A DNA stretch of 64,000 nt, from NCBI GenBank assembly GCA_963842125.1, contig CAWJFE010000001.1, forward strand, positions 686,351 to 750,350, given 5' to 3'. Origin of the DNA: an uncultured Alphaproteobacteria bacterium. GTDB taxonomy: Bacteria; Pseudomonadota; Alphaproteobacteria; Rhizobiales; CAWCWK01. Positions 41,318 to 50,542 of the stretch are shown here, in pieces. Both the position numbers and the translations under genes were made by a program. The notes under the pieces are model-generated. The model was not told the DNA's origin. It did no database searches and was given only the letters and a program-made list of their open reading frames with translations. The first letter of the stretch is position 1. Every line of letters begins with the position of its first letter.

Positions 41318-41464
41318 CACAGCACAAGGCAGCCTGCGGATGGGAGGGGCAGAGGCTCTCCCGAGCCTTCCTCCGCCGTCACGGCCGATGGTGCGCGAGA
41401 CAATCGCGGGCCGGACGCCCTTCGCGCATCCCCTGCTGCGTCCAATACGAGTGGAACACGCGCC

Positions 41465-41539
41465 ATGAACAGCATCATCTACATCGTCGGTCTCGTCGTC
41501 ATCGTCGTGGCCATCCTGTCCTTCCTCGGCCTCGCCTAG
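41465..41539 (+). CDS. Candidate 24-aa hydrophobic peptide
   Basis: MNSIIYIVGLVVIVVAILSFLGLA* is a single TM helix. It lies downstream of the EcfG-type motif. No strong RBS is present, and it is too short to judge by codon bias. Confidence 0.35.
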   Translation: MNSIIYIVGLVVIVVAILSFLGLA

Positions 41540-41697
41540 GCCATCCCGACGCCGGGCATCGGACGCCGGGCATCGGACGCCGAAGTGCAAACACCGGGCG
41601 CCGGACGCCAAGCGCGATCCCCGGCATTCCCATCGAGCCAACCGCACCGAGCCGATACGTCAAGGCTCTCCCCATTCCTCCTTCCAGGAGCCGTTCC

Positions 41698-42654
41698 ATG
41701 AGCGACACCCCCAAGAGCGACACCCCCAAGAGCGACAGCCTCAACACGCCGTCCACCACCACGCCCACGCCTAGCGCGGCTGCCAGGACCGAAGGCGTCG
41801 CGAAGAGCGAAGCCTCGGCTGTCTCCTCCACCGCGAGCCGCCAGGAGGCCGACACGCAGGCCAAGGTGAGCGCCGAGGCCAGCGCAACGGCCGATAAGGC
41901 CAAGGACGAGGCCTCCCGGACCTACGAGACGGCCGCCGAAGAGGCTGCCCGCCTCCGCGATAAGGCCGTCGGCCTCGGTACCGGCGTGAAGTCGGCCGCG
42001 ACCGACGCCGCCTCCCGCGCGGCCGATGAGGCGCGCACCTACGCCCGCTCCTTCGCCGAAGAGCAGAAGGGCACCGCCGCCGCCGGCGCCAGGGACGTCT
42101 CGCGCGCCCTCAACGACGCGGCCGACGATCTCGACGAGCGCTTCGGCTTCGTGGCCGGCTACGTCCGCGATGCGGCGGGCGAGGTCGACCGGGTCGCCTC
42201 CACCATCAAGGATCGCAGCGTCGACGACCTTCTCTATTCGGTCGAGAGCTTCGCGCGCCGTCAGCCGACCGCCTTTCTGGGCGCCTCGGTGCTGGCCGGC
42301 TTCGCGCTCGCCCGCTTCGTGAAGTCCTCGGCCCGCGAGGACGATTACGACACCGGCTATCGCGGTGAGCCGCGCTACGCCGTTCCGGCCGAGCGCTCCT
42401 ACCAGGGCGGCGCGCCGTCCACCGGCTTCGACGAGCCCTATGCCGAGGCCGGCATCCCCCACCGCGCCGTCAATCCACCGAACCGCCAGCCGGCCGGTTC
42501 CAGCGCCTCGTCGAACCCGTCCTCCAACCCCAGCGACCTCGCCTCCGGCGTATCCGCCTCGGCCACTCCGGCGGCCGCGACGGGCGGCGGGTACAAGGCC
42601 GGCGCGGCCGCGTCCTCCCCCGTCTCCGGCTCGGGCGCCATCAAGAGCGCCTGA
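41698..42654 (+). CDS. Membrane-anchored Ala/Glu/Lys-rich stress-type protein (ElaB/DUF883-like architecture)
   Basis: GGAG lies 9 nt upstream. The N-terminus has a 15-nt duplication (SDTPKSDTPK). A long amphipathic A/E/K/D-rich region follows, then RQPTAFLGASVLAGFALARFVKSS (one TM segment), then a Pro/Ser/Gly-rich tail. Confidence 0.65.
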   Translation: MSDTPKSDTPKSDSLNTPSTTTPTPSAAARTEGVAKSEASAVSSTASRQEADTQAKVSAEASATADKAKDEASRTYETAAEEAARLRDKAVGLGTGVKSAATDAASRAADEARTYARSFAEEQKGTAAAGARDVSRALNDAADDLDERFGFVAGYVRDAAGEVDRVASTIKDRSVDDLLYSVESFARRQPTAFLGASVLAGFALARFVKSSAREDDYDTGYRGEPRYAVPAERSYQGGAPSTGFDEPYAEAGIPHRAVNPPNRQPAGSSASSNPSSNPSDLASGVSASATPAAATGGGYKAGAAASSPVSGSGAIKSA

Positions 42655-42744
42655 CGGGCGATCGCGCGGCGGGCCTTTGAACGGCCTGCCGGCCTCGCTT
42701 CCCGGTAAACACGACGATCAGATACGCACAGGACGGTTCAGGAC

Positions 42745-43284
42745 ATGGCATCACAAGACTACAACACACCCCGCGACAGTCGCTCGATGGGCGAACTCTT
42801 CACCGACCTTCTCAACGAGGTCTCGACGCTCTTCCGCAAGGAAGTCCAGCTCGCGCGGGCCGAGATGTCCGACAAGGTCGGCCAGCTCGGCACCGCCGTC
42901 GGTGAGATCGTCGGCGGCGCGATCATGCTCGCCGTCTCGCTCGGCATCCTGCTCTCGGCTCTGGTGAGCGGCGTCGCCCGTCTCCTCGTCGGCATCTTCG
43001 GCGGCGATGACGATCGCACGCTCGTAGCGGTCGACGGCTTCGACGAGACGAGCCTCGCGCTCGTCACGGCGATCAACGAGAATGTCGGCGCCCAGCTCGA
43101 CGCCGCGCGTACGCTGCCGACCTACGAGGGTCTGGCCGCGCTCATCGTCGGCACGCTCTTCGCCATCATCGGCGTCGTGCTGATGAAGAAGGGCGTCAAC
43201 GAGATGAAGCTCTCCAACCTCACGCCCGACCGGACCATCCATCAGGTGAGTCGCGACGCCGAGGTCGCCAAAGAGCACGTCTGA
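42745..43284 (+). CDS. Holin-X / 'phage holin family' (DUF1469-like) membrane protein
   Basis: SMGELFTDLLNEVSTLFRKEVQLARAEMSDKVGQL followed by two TM segments. There is an extra insert of about 45 aa between the TM segments compared with my recollection of the family. Confidence 0.7.
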   Translation: MASQDYNTPRDSRSMGELFTDLLNEVSTLFRKEVQLARAEMSDKVGQLGTAVGEIVGGAIMLAVSLGILLSALVSGVARLLVGIFGGDDDRTLVAVDGFDETSLALVTAINENVGAQLDAARTLPTYEGLAALIVGTLFAIIGVVLMKKGVNEMKLSNLTPDRTIHQVSRDAEVAKEHV

Positions 43285-43363
43285 CGACACCCCGCCGTCA
43301 AGCGGGCCAGGAAGACAGAACCGGCGCTGATCCTAGCGACGACACACCCATCAGGAGACTCAC

Positions 43364-44977
43364 ATGTCCACCCAGACCACAGACCCCGGCAACAAGAGCC
43401 CCGAGCAGATCGAGGCCGAGGTCGAGGCGACCCGTGCCCGCGTCAGCCATACGCTCGACGAGATCCAGGACCGCATGGCGCCCGGCGAGATCTTCGAGCA
43501 GGCCGTAACCTTCGCGCGTGAGAACGGCGCGGCCGACATGGCCCGCAATCTCGGTCGCGACATGCGCGACAACCCGCTGCCGCTCGCCCTCGTCGGCGCC
43601 GGCCTCGCCTGGCTCGCCTTCTCGAGCGGCCGGCCGAAGACCAAGACCGTCTACCGCGACCGCTATGTCGGCGCGCGGGACTACGATGCCGACGCGCAGG
43701 TCTACTATGGCGGCGACGCCTATGCCGACAGCTACGCGGCCGACACGGGCTACTATCCGGGCAGCCGCTCGGAAGCGCTGGCCGTCGGTGCGGATTCAGG
43801 CCCCTCGATCGGCGATCGCGCACGCGGCTATGCCGGTGCGGCGGCCGGTGCGGCTTCCGGCACGGTCCACGCCTTGAGCGAGAGCGGACAGGCCGGCGCG
43901 AGCCGCGCGGCCTATGGTGCCTCGAGCGCTGCCTCCTCGGCCGCGAGCGGCATCGCCGGCACGGGCCGCGCGATCGGCTCGGGTCTGTCGAGCGGTGCGC
44001 ATACGGCGTCCGATAGCGCGTCGCGCGCGGCGCAGGGCGCCCGCCGGGCCGGTTATGACGCCGCCACCGGGCTCTCCTCGGCCGCGTCGAGTGCGGCCGG
44101 CGGCGTCGCCGGCGCGGGGCGCTCGGCCGCGAGCGGCGCATCGAGCGCGGCTTCCTACGCAGCCGGCGGGATCGCCGGTGCGGCGGGCACCGTCACCGAC
44201 GCGCTCGGCAATGTCGTCGAGACCGTGTCGGATTACGCGCAGTCCGCCTATGAGAGTGTTACCGATGGAGCGTCCATGGCCTATGACCGGGTCAGTGGCG
44301 GCGCGCGCTATGCAGGCGACAGATTGAGCCAGAGCGGCCGGAGAGGATATTACGTCATGACAGCCAATGGTCGCCGCTGGGTCGACGATGCGCGCTACGG
44401 TGCACGCTCCTACGGATCGGACGCCGGTCGCTACGCCTCGCAGGCGGGCGGGATCCTGCGCGACAACCCGCTCCTTCTCGGCGCTCTCGGCATCGCCATC
44501 GGTGCCGCCATCGGTGCCGCGCTGCCCAAGACGCGCATCGAGGACGAGTATTTCGGCGAGACGGCCGATGCCTATAAGCGCCAGGCCTGGGAAACCGGTC
44601 AGGACACGTTCGAGGACGCCAAGTCCAAGGTTCTCGCCATCGGCCAGCGCGCCTATGACGACGCCATGGGCGAGGCCCGTCGTCAGGGTCTGACACCGGC
44701 CGAGGCCGAGGGCAAGGCCCGCGCCGCCGGCGATGCGGCGCGCGCCGAGGCCGAGCGCGTCGGCGGTCTCGCCCGCCAGGGCGCGGCTCAGGCCGGCTCC
44801 GCGGCCCGCACCGGCATCTCCCAGGCCGGCGACCTCGCACGCTCCGGCATCAAGGACGGTGTCTCCAAGGTCGAAAGCGTTCTCGATGCCGCCATCTCCG
44901 GCGCCAAGGACGAGGCCGAGAAGCAGAACGTCACGCCATCCGACGTGCCGACCGACAAGACGGCCAAATCCGCTTAA
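43364..44977 (+). CDS. DUF3618 domain protein with a long Ala/Gly/Ser-rich repetitive region
   Basis: AGGAG lies 6 nt upstream. The N-terminus SPEQIEAEVEATRARVSHTLDEIQDRMAPGEIFEQAV is the DUF3618 signature as I recall it. TM segments are LPLALVGAGLAWLAF and LLLGALGIAIGAAIGAAL. Confidence 0.72.
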   Translation: MSTQTTDPGNKSPEQIEAEVEATRARVSHTLDEIQDRMAPGEIFEQAVTFARENGAADMARNLGRDMRDNPLPLALVGAGLAWLAFSSGRPKTKTVYRDRYVGARDYDADAQVYYGGDAYADSYAADTGYYPGSRSEALAVGADSGPSIGDRARGYAGAAAGAASGTVHALSESGQAGASRAAYGASSAASSAASGIAGTGRAIGSGLSSGAHTASDSASRAAQGARRAGYDAATGLSSAASSAAGGVAGAGRSAASGASSAASYAAGGIAGAAGTVTDALGNVVETVSDYAQSAYESVTDGASMAYDRVSGGARYAGDRLSQSGRRGYYVMTANGRRWVDDARYGARSYGSDAGRYASQAGGILRDNPLLLGALGIAIGAAIGAALPKTRIEDEYFGETADAYKRQAWETGQDTFEDAKSKVLAIGQRAYDDAMGEARRQGLTPAEAEGKARAAGDAARAEAERVGGLARQGAAQAGSAARTGISQAGDLARSGIKDGVSKVESVLDAAISGAKDEAEKQNVTPSDVPTDKTAKSA

Positions 44978-45037
44978 CCGGATTGCTTGATCGCGCAGCG
45001 ACCCGTCATCGACGGCCGCCGGCGATCCCCGACCGAT

Positions 45038-45063
45038 AAAGGCTCCGCTCCGGCGGGGCCTTT
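45038..45063 (+). terminator. Terminator hairpin after the DUF3618 gene
   Basis: AAAGGCTCCGC-tccg-GCGGGGCCTTT is an 11-bp stem with one G-U pair, 60 nt after the stop. Confidence 0.5.
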
Positions 45064-45109
45064 CGCATGTCGGGGGACCTGCTAGGGCGCTCGCCAATAG
45101 GCCCGCCGA

Positions 45110-45135
45110 GGAACCCATAAGGGTCCAAAACCGTT
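45110..45135 (+). promoter_or_regulatory. EcfG-type general-stress-response promoter motif GGAAC-N17-CGTT
   Basis: GGAACccataagggtccaaaacCGTT is an exact match. It lies 108 nt upstream of the yihY-like GTG start. Confidence 0.55.
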
Positions 45136-45242
45136 CCCGAACCGAAAGATGCGCCGGCTTTCGAACGTCGACGCGCGACCTGTGGCCCCGCTCGTCCGTC
45201 CAGCGGCCGGGTGCGGCGCATCGAGAGGCTTGCCAGACCGCC

Positions 45243-46370
45243 GTGACCGATCCCAACCATTCCTCGTCCAACAAGGCCGGCGTCGCGCTTGCCGCCACCG
45301 CAGCGGCCGGCCTCGCCTTCTTCGGCTCCGGCAAGACCCGCCGTCAGCGCCGCGAGGAGGCACGCGCCGAAGCCAAGAAGGCCGAGGAAGCGAAGCACTC
45401 GGGTGCCGGTCGCCACGCAGATTCGCCCACCGCGCTCCCGGCCGAGGGCTGGAAGCAGGTGCTGATCCGCACCTACAAGCAGATCTCGGAAGATCACGTC
45501 ATGCTCGTCGCGGCGGGCGTGACGTTCTACGTCCTCCTCGCACTCTTCCCGGCACTCGCCGCCATCGTCTCAGTCTACGGCCTCTTCGCCGATCCCGCCT
45601 CGATCCAGAGCCAGGTGAGCGCGCTCCAGGGCGTACTGCCGGGCGGCGCCGTCGAGATCATCGAGGGCCAGCTGGAGACGCTCGTCTCGCAGGATAGCGG
45701 CAGTCTTGGGCTGACCTTCCTCGTCGGCCTCGGGCTCGCGCTCTGGTCGGCCAATGGCGGCATGAAGGCGATCATCGAGGCGCTCAACATCGCCTATGAG
45801 GAGATCGAGAAGCGCGGCTTCGTCATGCTCACCCTCACCGCCTTCGCCTTCACGCTCGGCGCACTGCTCTTCGTCATCCTGGCGCTCGTCGGTGTCGTCG
45901 CGGTCCCGGCGATCGTGAAGACCATGGCGCTCGGCTCCCTCGTCGAGACGCTGATGAACTGGCTGCGCTGGCCGATCCTCTTCGTCGCCATCGCCGCCTT
46001 CCTCACCCTCCTCTACCGCTATGGTCCCTCGCGCGATCCGGCCAAATGGCGCTGGATTACCATCGGCGGTCTCGCGGCGGCCGGCTTCTGGGTGATCGTC
46101 TCGGTCCTCTTCTCCTGGTACGTCGCTAATTTCGGCTCCTACAACGAAACCTATGGTTCGCTCGGCGCCGCCATCGGCTTCATGACCTGGATCTGGATCT
46201 CGACCATCATCGTCATCACCTGCGCCGAGATGAACTCCGAGTTGGAGCATCAGACGCACCAGGACACGACCGTCGGCCCCGACAAGCCGATGGGCCAGCG
46301 CGGCGCCGTCATGGCCGACCGCGTCGCCGGCGGACCGAAGATGCGCGCGGGCCGCAGCGACGGGCTCTAG
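45243..46370 (+). CDS. YihY/BrkB ('virulence factor BrkB', formerly RNase BN) family membrane protein
   Basis: GWKQVLIRTYKQISEDHVMLVAAGVTFYVLLALFPAL..LWSANGGMKAII.ALN.AY..E.R..SYNETYGSLGA.IGFM.WIW.S. GTG start. Confidence 0.88.
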   Translation: MTDPNHSSSNKAGVALAATAAAGLAFFGSGKTRRQRREEARAEAKKAEEAKHSGAGRHADSPTALPAEGWKQVLIRTYKQISEDHVMLVAAGVTFYVLLALFPALAAIVSVYGLFADPASIQSQVSALQGVLPGGAVEIIEGQLETLVSQDSGSLGLTFLVGLGLALWSANGGMKAIIEALNIAYEEIEKRGFVMLTLTAFAFTLGALLFVILALVGVVAVPAIVKTMALGSLVETLMNWLRWPILFVAIAAFLTLLYRYGPSRDPAKWRWITIGGLAAAGFWVIVSVLFSWYVANFGSYNETYGSLGAAIGFMTWIWISTIIVITCAEMNSELEHQTHQDTTVGPDKPMGQRGAVMADRVAGGPKMRAGRSDGL

Positions 46371-46466
46371 GGTCCGCTAGAGCTGGAGACGCGCCCGATC
46401 TTGCCCGAGGCGGCGCGCCGTGCCAGTCGGGCGGTCCCGCCCCGCGAACCGTTCGGACACCCGACC

Positions 46467-47060
46467 ATGCGCCTCATCCTCGCCTCCAAGAGCCCGACCC
46501 GCGCGGCCCTGCTGCGCGCGGCCGGCCTCGACATCGAAACCGCCTCGCCCGATATCGACGAGCGCGCCGCCGAGGCGCCGCTGACCGAGGAAGGCTTCGG
46601 TGCGGAGGACATCGCCGCCGTCCTCGCCCAGGCCAAGGCGGTCGACGTCTCGTCGCGCCATCCCTCGGCCCTGGTCATCGGCGCCGACCAGACGCTCGAT
46701 TGCGACGGGGAGCGCTTCCACAAGCCGGAAACGCAGGAGGCGGCACGTGCGCAGCTCTTGGCCCTCCAGGGGCGCACGCATACGCTCCATGCCGCGCTGA
46801 CGGTCGCGCAGGACGGGATGCCGGTCTTCTCGCACGCCGCCGCCGCCCATCTCACCATGCGCCCTCTCACACCCAAAGAGGTGGGCATCTACATGGCCCA
46901 TGTCGGCGATGCGGCGCTGGGCAGCGTCGGGGCCTACCAGATCGAGGGGCCGGGCATCCGGCTGATGGACCGGATCGTCGGCGACCACGCCACCATTCTC
47001 GGCCTCCCCCTCCTTCCCCTCCTCGCCTTTCTGCGCGGCGAAGGCGCGCTCGAGTTTTGA
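46467..47060 (+). CDS. maf: Maf-like nucleoside triphosphate pyrophosphatase
   Basis: MRLILASKSPTRAALLRAAGL..GADQTL..GAYQIEG. Confidence 0.9.
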   Translation: MRLILASKSPTRAALLRAAGLDIETASPDIDERAAEAPLTEEGFGAEDIAAVLAQAKAVDVSSRHPSALVIGADQTLDCDGERFHKPETQEAARAQLLALQGRTHTLHAALTVAQDGMPVFSHAAAAHLTMRPLTPKEVGIYMAHVGDAALGSVGAYQIEGPGIRLMDRIVGDHATILGLPLLPLLAFLRGEGALEF

Positions 47061-47887
47061 GCGGGGCCCATGCGGGCGTCATCGGTTGGCCGATCGCACA
47101 TTCGCGCTCTCCGCTCATCCACAATCACTGGATCGCGGCACACGGTCTCGATGCGACCTATGAAAAGCGCGCCGTCGCGCCCGAGGACTTGGCCACGTTC
47201 CTCGGCGCCGTTCGCGCCGGCGACTGGATCGGCTGCAACGTGACGGTACCGCATAAGGAGGCCGTCCTCGCCCTCGCCGACCGGCCGACGGAGGCCGCAT
47301 CGCGCGTGGGCGGCGCCAACACGCTCTGGGGCGTCGAGGGAGAGCTCCACGCCACCACGACCGATGGGCCAGGCTTTCTCGCCGGGCTCGACGAGGCGGC
47401 GCCCGGCCATGCGATCGAGCATGCGCTCGTCCTCGGCGCCGGAGGCGCCGCTCGTGCCATCGTCGAGGCGCTGACGGCACGCGGCACCCGCGTGACGCTC
47501 GCCAACCGCACGATCGAGCGGGCCGAGGGCCTGGCGCGCGATTTCGGCGCCGGTGCCATCGAATGGGCCGACTGCGCGGCCCTCGCCCGCGACACCGATC
47601 TCCTCGTCAACGCGACGGCGCTCGGCATGGCAGGCCAGCCCCCGCTGCTGTTGCCGGACGGCACGGTCGAGGTACTGCCCGATCACGCCCTCGTCGCCGA
47701 CATCGTCTACGCGCCTTTGGAGACCGGCCTCCTCGCCGCCGCGCGACGGCGCGGGCTCGTCGGCGTCGATGGGCTCGGCATGCTCCTCCACCAGGCGGCG
47801 CTCAGCTTCGAGATCTGGTTCGGCCTGCGCCCCGAGGTGACGGTGGAGTTGCGCGATCTCGTCGTCTCGGACCTTGCCGGTGGCTGA
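47057..47887 (+). CDS. aroE: Shikimate dehydrogenase
   Basis: The TTG start overlaps the maf stop. [58 protein letters not shown]. Confidence 0.9.
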   Translation: MSGAHAGVIGWPIAHSRSPLIHNHWIAAHGLDATYEKRAVAPEDLATFLGAVRAGDWIGCNVTVPHKEAVLALADRPTEAASRVGGANTLWGVEGELHATTTDGPGFLAGLDEAAPGHAIEHALVLGAGGAARAIVEALTARGTRVTLANRTIERAEGLARDFGAGAIEWADCAALARDTDLLVNATALGMAGQPPLLLPDGTVEVLPDHALVADIVYAPLETGLLAAARRRGLVGVDGLGMLLHQAALSFEIWFGLRPEVTVELRDLVVSDLAGG

Positions 47888-48491
47888 CGACACTGGGGAA
47901 CGCGTCTTCCGCCTCGGGCTCACCGGCGGCATCGCGATGGGCAAGTCGACGGCGGCCGCGATGTTCGCGGACGAAGGCATATCCGTCTTCGATGCGGATG
48001 CGGCCGTGCACGCGCTCTATGCCGGCCGAGCCGCCCCCCTCGTCGAGGCTGCCTTTCCGGGCACGAGCGTGGATGGTGCCGTCGATCGCGCCGCCCTTTC
48101 GCGCGCCGTCCTCGGCGATCCGGCCGCGCTGAAGCGGCTCGAGGCCATCGTCCATCCGCTCGTCGCGGAGGAGCGCGCGCGCTTCCTTCGAGACGCGGCG
48201 AAGACGAGTGCCGATCTCGTCGTCTTCGACATCCCGCTCCTCTTCGAGACCGGGCTGGAGGAGACCGTCGACGCCGTCGCGACCGTCTCCGCGCCCGCCG
48301 CCATCCAGCGCGAGCGCGCGCTGGCGCGGCCCGGCATGACGGAAGAGACGCTCGCCGCCATCCTCGCGCGCCAGACGCCGGACGCGGAGAAGCGCGCGCG
48401 GGCCGACTACGTCATTCCCTCGGATGCGGGCTTCGATGCCATGCGGGTGGCGGTCAGGGCCGTGATCGCGGCCGCGCGAGGTCGCGGCTGA
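47874..48491 (+). CDS. coaE: Dephospho-CoA kinase
   Basis: [13 protein letters not shown] (P-loop), [18 protein letters not shown] and VFDIPLLFE. The start overlaps the aroE end. GTG at 47880 is an alternative start. Confidence 0.9.
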   Translation: MPVADDTGERVFRLGLTGGIAMGKSTAAAMFADEGISVFDADAAVHALYAGRAAPLVEAAFPGTSVDGAVDRAALSRAVLGDPAALKRLEAIVHPLVAEERARFLRDAAKTSADLVVFDIPLLFETGLEETVDAVATVSAPAAIQRERALARPGMTEETLAAILARQTPDAEKRARADYVIPSDAGFDAMRVAVRAVIAAARGRG

Positions 48492-48539
48492 CGAAGCCGG
48501 CACTCAGGATGCTACGCCGTCCGGAGCGCAGCGCACCAG

Positions 48540-49475
48540 CTATCGGCAGAACCGATAGTCGCCCGACGCCGTGTGCTGCGCGATGTCGAGGTGGAGGTGG
48601 TCGGCGTGGGCGCGGTTGTAGCCCGGACCGAGCACGGTCGTGAAATAGGTGCAGGCGCTCTTGCGGATCGAGGCGAGGAAACGGGCCTCGGCGCTGCCCT
48701 TGGGGTGTTGCTTCACGTCCACGCGCCGGCCGTCCTCGAGGACGAAGGCACCGATATCGAGCGCATTGCCGAAGGCGTGCTCGGAGAGGCGGGCGCGGCG
48801 CTTGTGGCCGCGCGTGCGGCAGGCATAGGACGAGGCATTCACGATGCGGGCGGGCTTCGCGCCGAGCTCGGCCTCGGCCGCGCCGACGACGCTTTCCCGC
48901 ATCCAGTCGGCGATGGCGTTGGTGACGGGGCAGTTGAGCGTTGCGGAGGGCGTCACCGCCACGGCGTGCCGGGTGAGGGCGGAGACCTTGATCGGCTCGG
49001 CGATGCCGCAGCGCCCGCGCCCCTCCACCGGGTCGGTCTCGACGAAGGCCGCAACGAAGCTGGCCGCGCCGCCGCAGGACGATTGGGCGAGCGGGATCGG
49101 CTCGCCGCCGGGGCCGGGCACCATGATCTTGGCGGTGCCTCGTGCGACGGCTCCGGGCGCGCTCGTCCGCTTGAGGAGCCGGTCCTTGCGGGCGGCCGCG
49201 TTGTTCTCGCGGGCCTTGCGATTGGCGGCGGCCAGACGCTGGAAGAGGCTTGGGCGGGCGGCGGCCGTCGCTGCGAAGGGCTGGGCAGCAGCCGGTACAT
49301 CGGCACCCTCGGCCGGCCGTGCCACGCGCCCGGCGGCCGCAACGAGGGCCTTCGTCGTCAGCGCCGCGCCGGCATCCATCCGATCGCGCGGCAGCGGTAC
49401 CGTATCGGCCGACGCAGCCGAGAGACCGAGGAGAAGGGCGACACCAAAGGTGGAAGCGGTGGAGGCGAAGCGCAT
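48540..49475 (-). CDS. Extensin-like C-terminal domain protein (secreted)
   Basis: A signal peptide is present. CGIAEPIKVSAL..LNCPVTNAIADW..ASSYACRTRG..LSEHAFGNALDIGAFVLEDG..HADHLHLD. Confidence 0.8.
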   Translation of the reverse strand: MRFASTASTFGVALLLGLSAASADTVPLPRDRMDAGAALTTKALVAAAGRVARPAEGADVPAAAQPFAATAAARPSLFQRLAAANRKARENNAAARKDRLLKRTSAPGAVARGTAKIMVPGPGGEPIPLAQSSCGGAASFVAAFVETDPVEGRGRCGIAEPIKVSALTRHAVAVTPSATLNCPVTNAIADWMRESVVGAAEAELGAKPARIVNASSYACRTRGHKRRARLSEHAFGNALDIGAFVLEDGRRVDVKQHPKGSAEARFLASIRKSACTYFTTVLGPGYNRAHADHLHLDIAQHTASGDYRFCR

Positions 49476-49678
49476 CGCGGCAGGCTCTCAAGCTCGAATG
49501 GGGGCGAGACGGTGCCCTCGCGGCCGAGAGCCCTGTGGCCCGATCGCGAACGCATTCCCTCTTGAGACGTGGCTGCGAATTACGGCGCAATCATGCTGAT
49601 CTGCGGCGCGCCAGCCATGCGCTCGCTCACCTCGCCGACTGCCTCGCCGCCCGCCTTGCCGCCCGAACGGAGCCTTTC

Positions 49679-50414
49679 ATGCCCTCAGACACGCCGCCAC
49701 CTATCGCGCCCGGACTGGGCCCTCTTTTCGATTTCGACGGCGTCTGGCCGAGATCGTCGACGATCCGGAGGCGGTCACGGTCGCGCATGCGACGCGCGGG
49801 GCTCTGCCGCTCGCGCGCGATCGTCTCGGCGGCGCGCTGGCGATCGTAGCGGTCGTCCGATCTCGACCATCGATCGGGTGTTAGCCCGCTCGCCCTTCCC
49901 GCCGCCGGCCTCCACGGGCTGGAGCGGCGGGATGGACCGGGCGAACGCCACGAGGCCGCGGCGAGCGTCGCGGTGGAGACGTTTCGCACGCGCATCTCCG
50001 GGGCGGCGCGGAGGCCGGGGCTCGACATCGAGGACAAGGGCGTCTCGATCGCCCTTCATTTTCGCCGCCATCCCGACCTCGGATCGGCCGGGCACTCGTC
50101 GAGCGGGGTATGGAGGCGTCACAGGCCTCCACGGCGTCGACGGCAAGATGGTCATCGAGGTCAAGCCTGCCACATCGGACAAGGGCGTCGCGGTCGAGAC
50201 CTTCATGGCCGAAGCCCCCTTCGCCGGCCGCATGCCCGTCTTCGTCGGCGACGACGTGACGGACGAGGACGGCTTTCGGGCGGCCACGCGGCTCGGCGGT
50301 TTCGGCATCAAGGTCGGTGACGGCGAGACCGCCGCGCGATACCGGACCGCCGATGTGGACGAGATCGGCCGCTGGATCGCGGACGGCACCGTCGAAGCGC
50401 ATTCGAAACCTTGA
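49679..50414 (+). pseudogene. otsB: Trehalose-6-phosphate phosphatase interrupted by five apparent 1-nt deletions
   Basis: The conserved sequence continues across frames 2>1>0>2>1>0. The segments are MPSD..LFDFDGV | LAEIVDDPEAVTVAHATRGALPLARDRLGGALAIV | SGRPISTIDRVLA | PLALPAAGLHGLERRDG..IALHFRRHPDLGSAGH | LVERGMEASQ | GLHGVDGKMVIEVKP..VFVGDDVTDEDGF..IKVG. The junctions lie at about 49744, 49848, 49886, 50095 and 50123. Confidence 0.8.
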
Positions 50415-50542
50415 ACCGCTTCAATTCCTTGGTCTCGGCACCGCTCGGACACGACGTGTCCGCTTGCCTCGCCCACCCTTTCGCGGCATTCGGGTAGCGC
50501 CCACCGCATCGATAACGCCGACTTGGCCGTCTGGAGAATTTC

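Noticed and set aside
49546-49571. An EcfG-like element GCGAAC-N16-CGTG upstream of otsB.
   Set aside because: Both the -35 and -10 elements carry a mismatch to GGAAC/CGTT. It is mentioned only as a weak possibility in the otsB finding.
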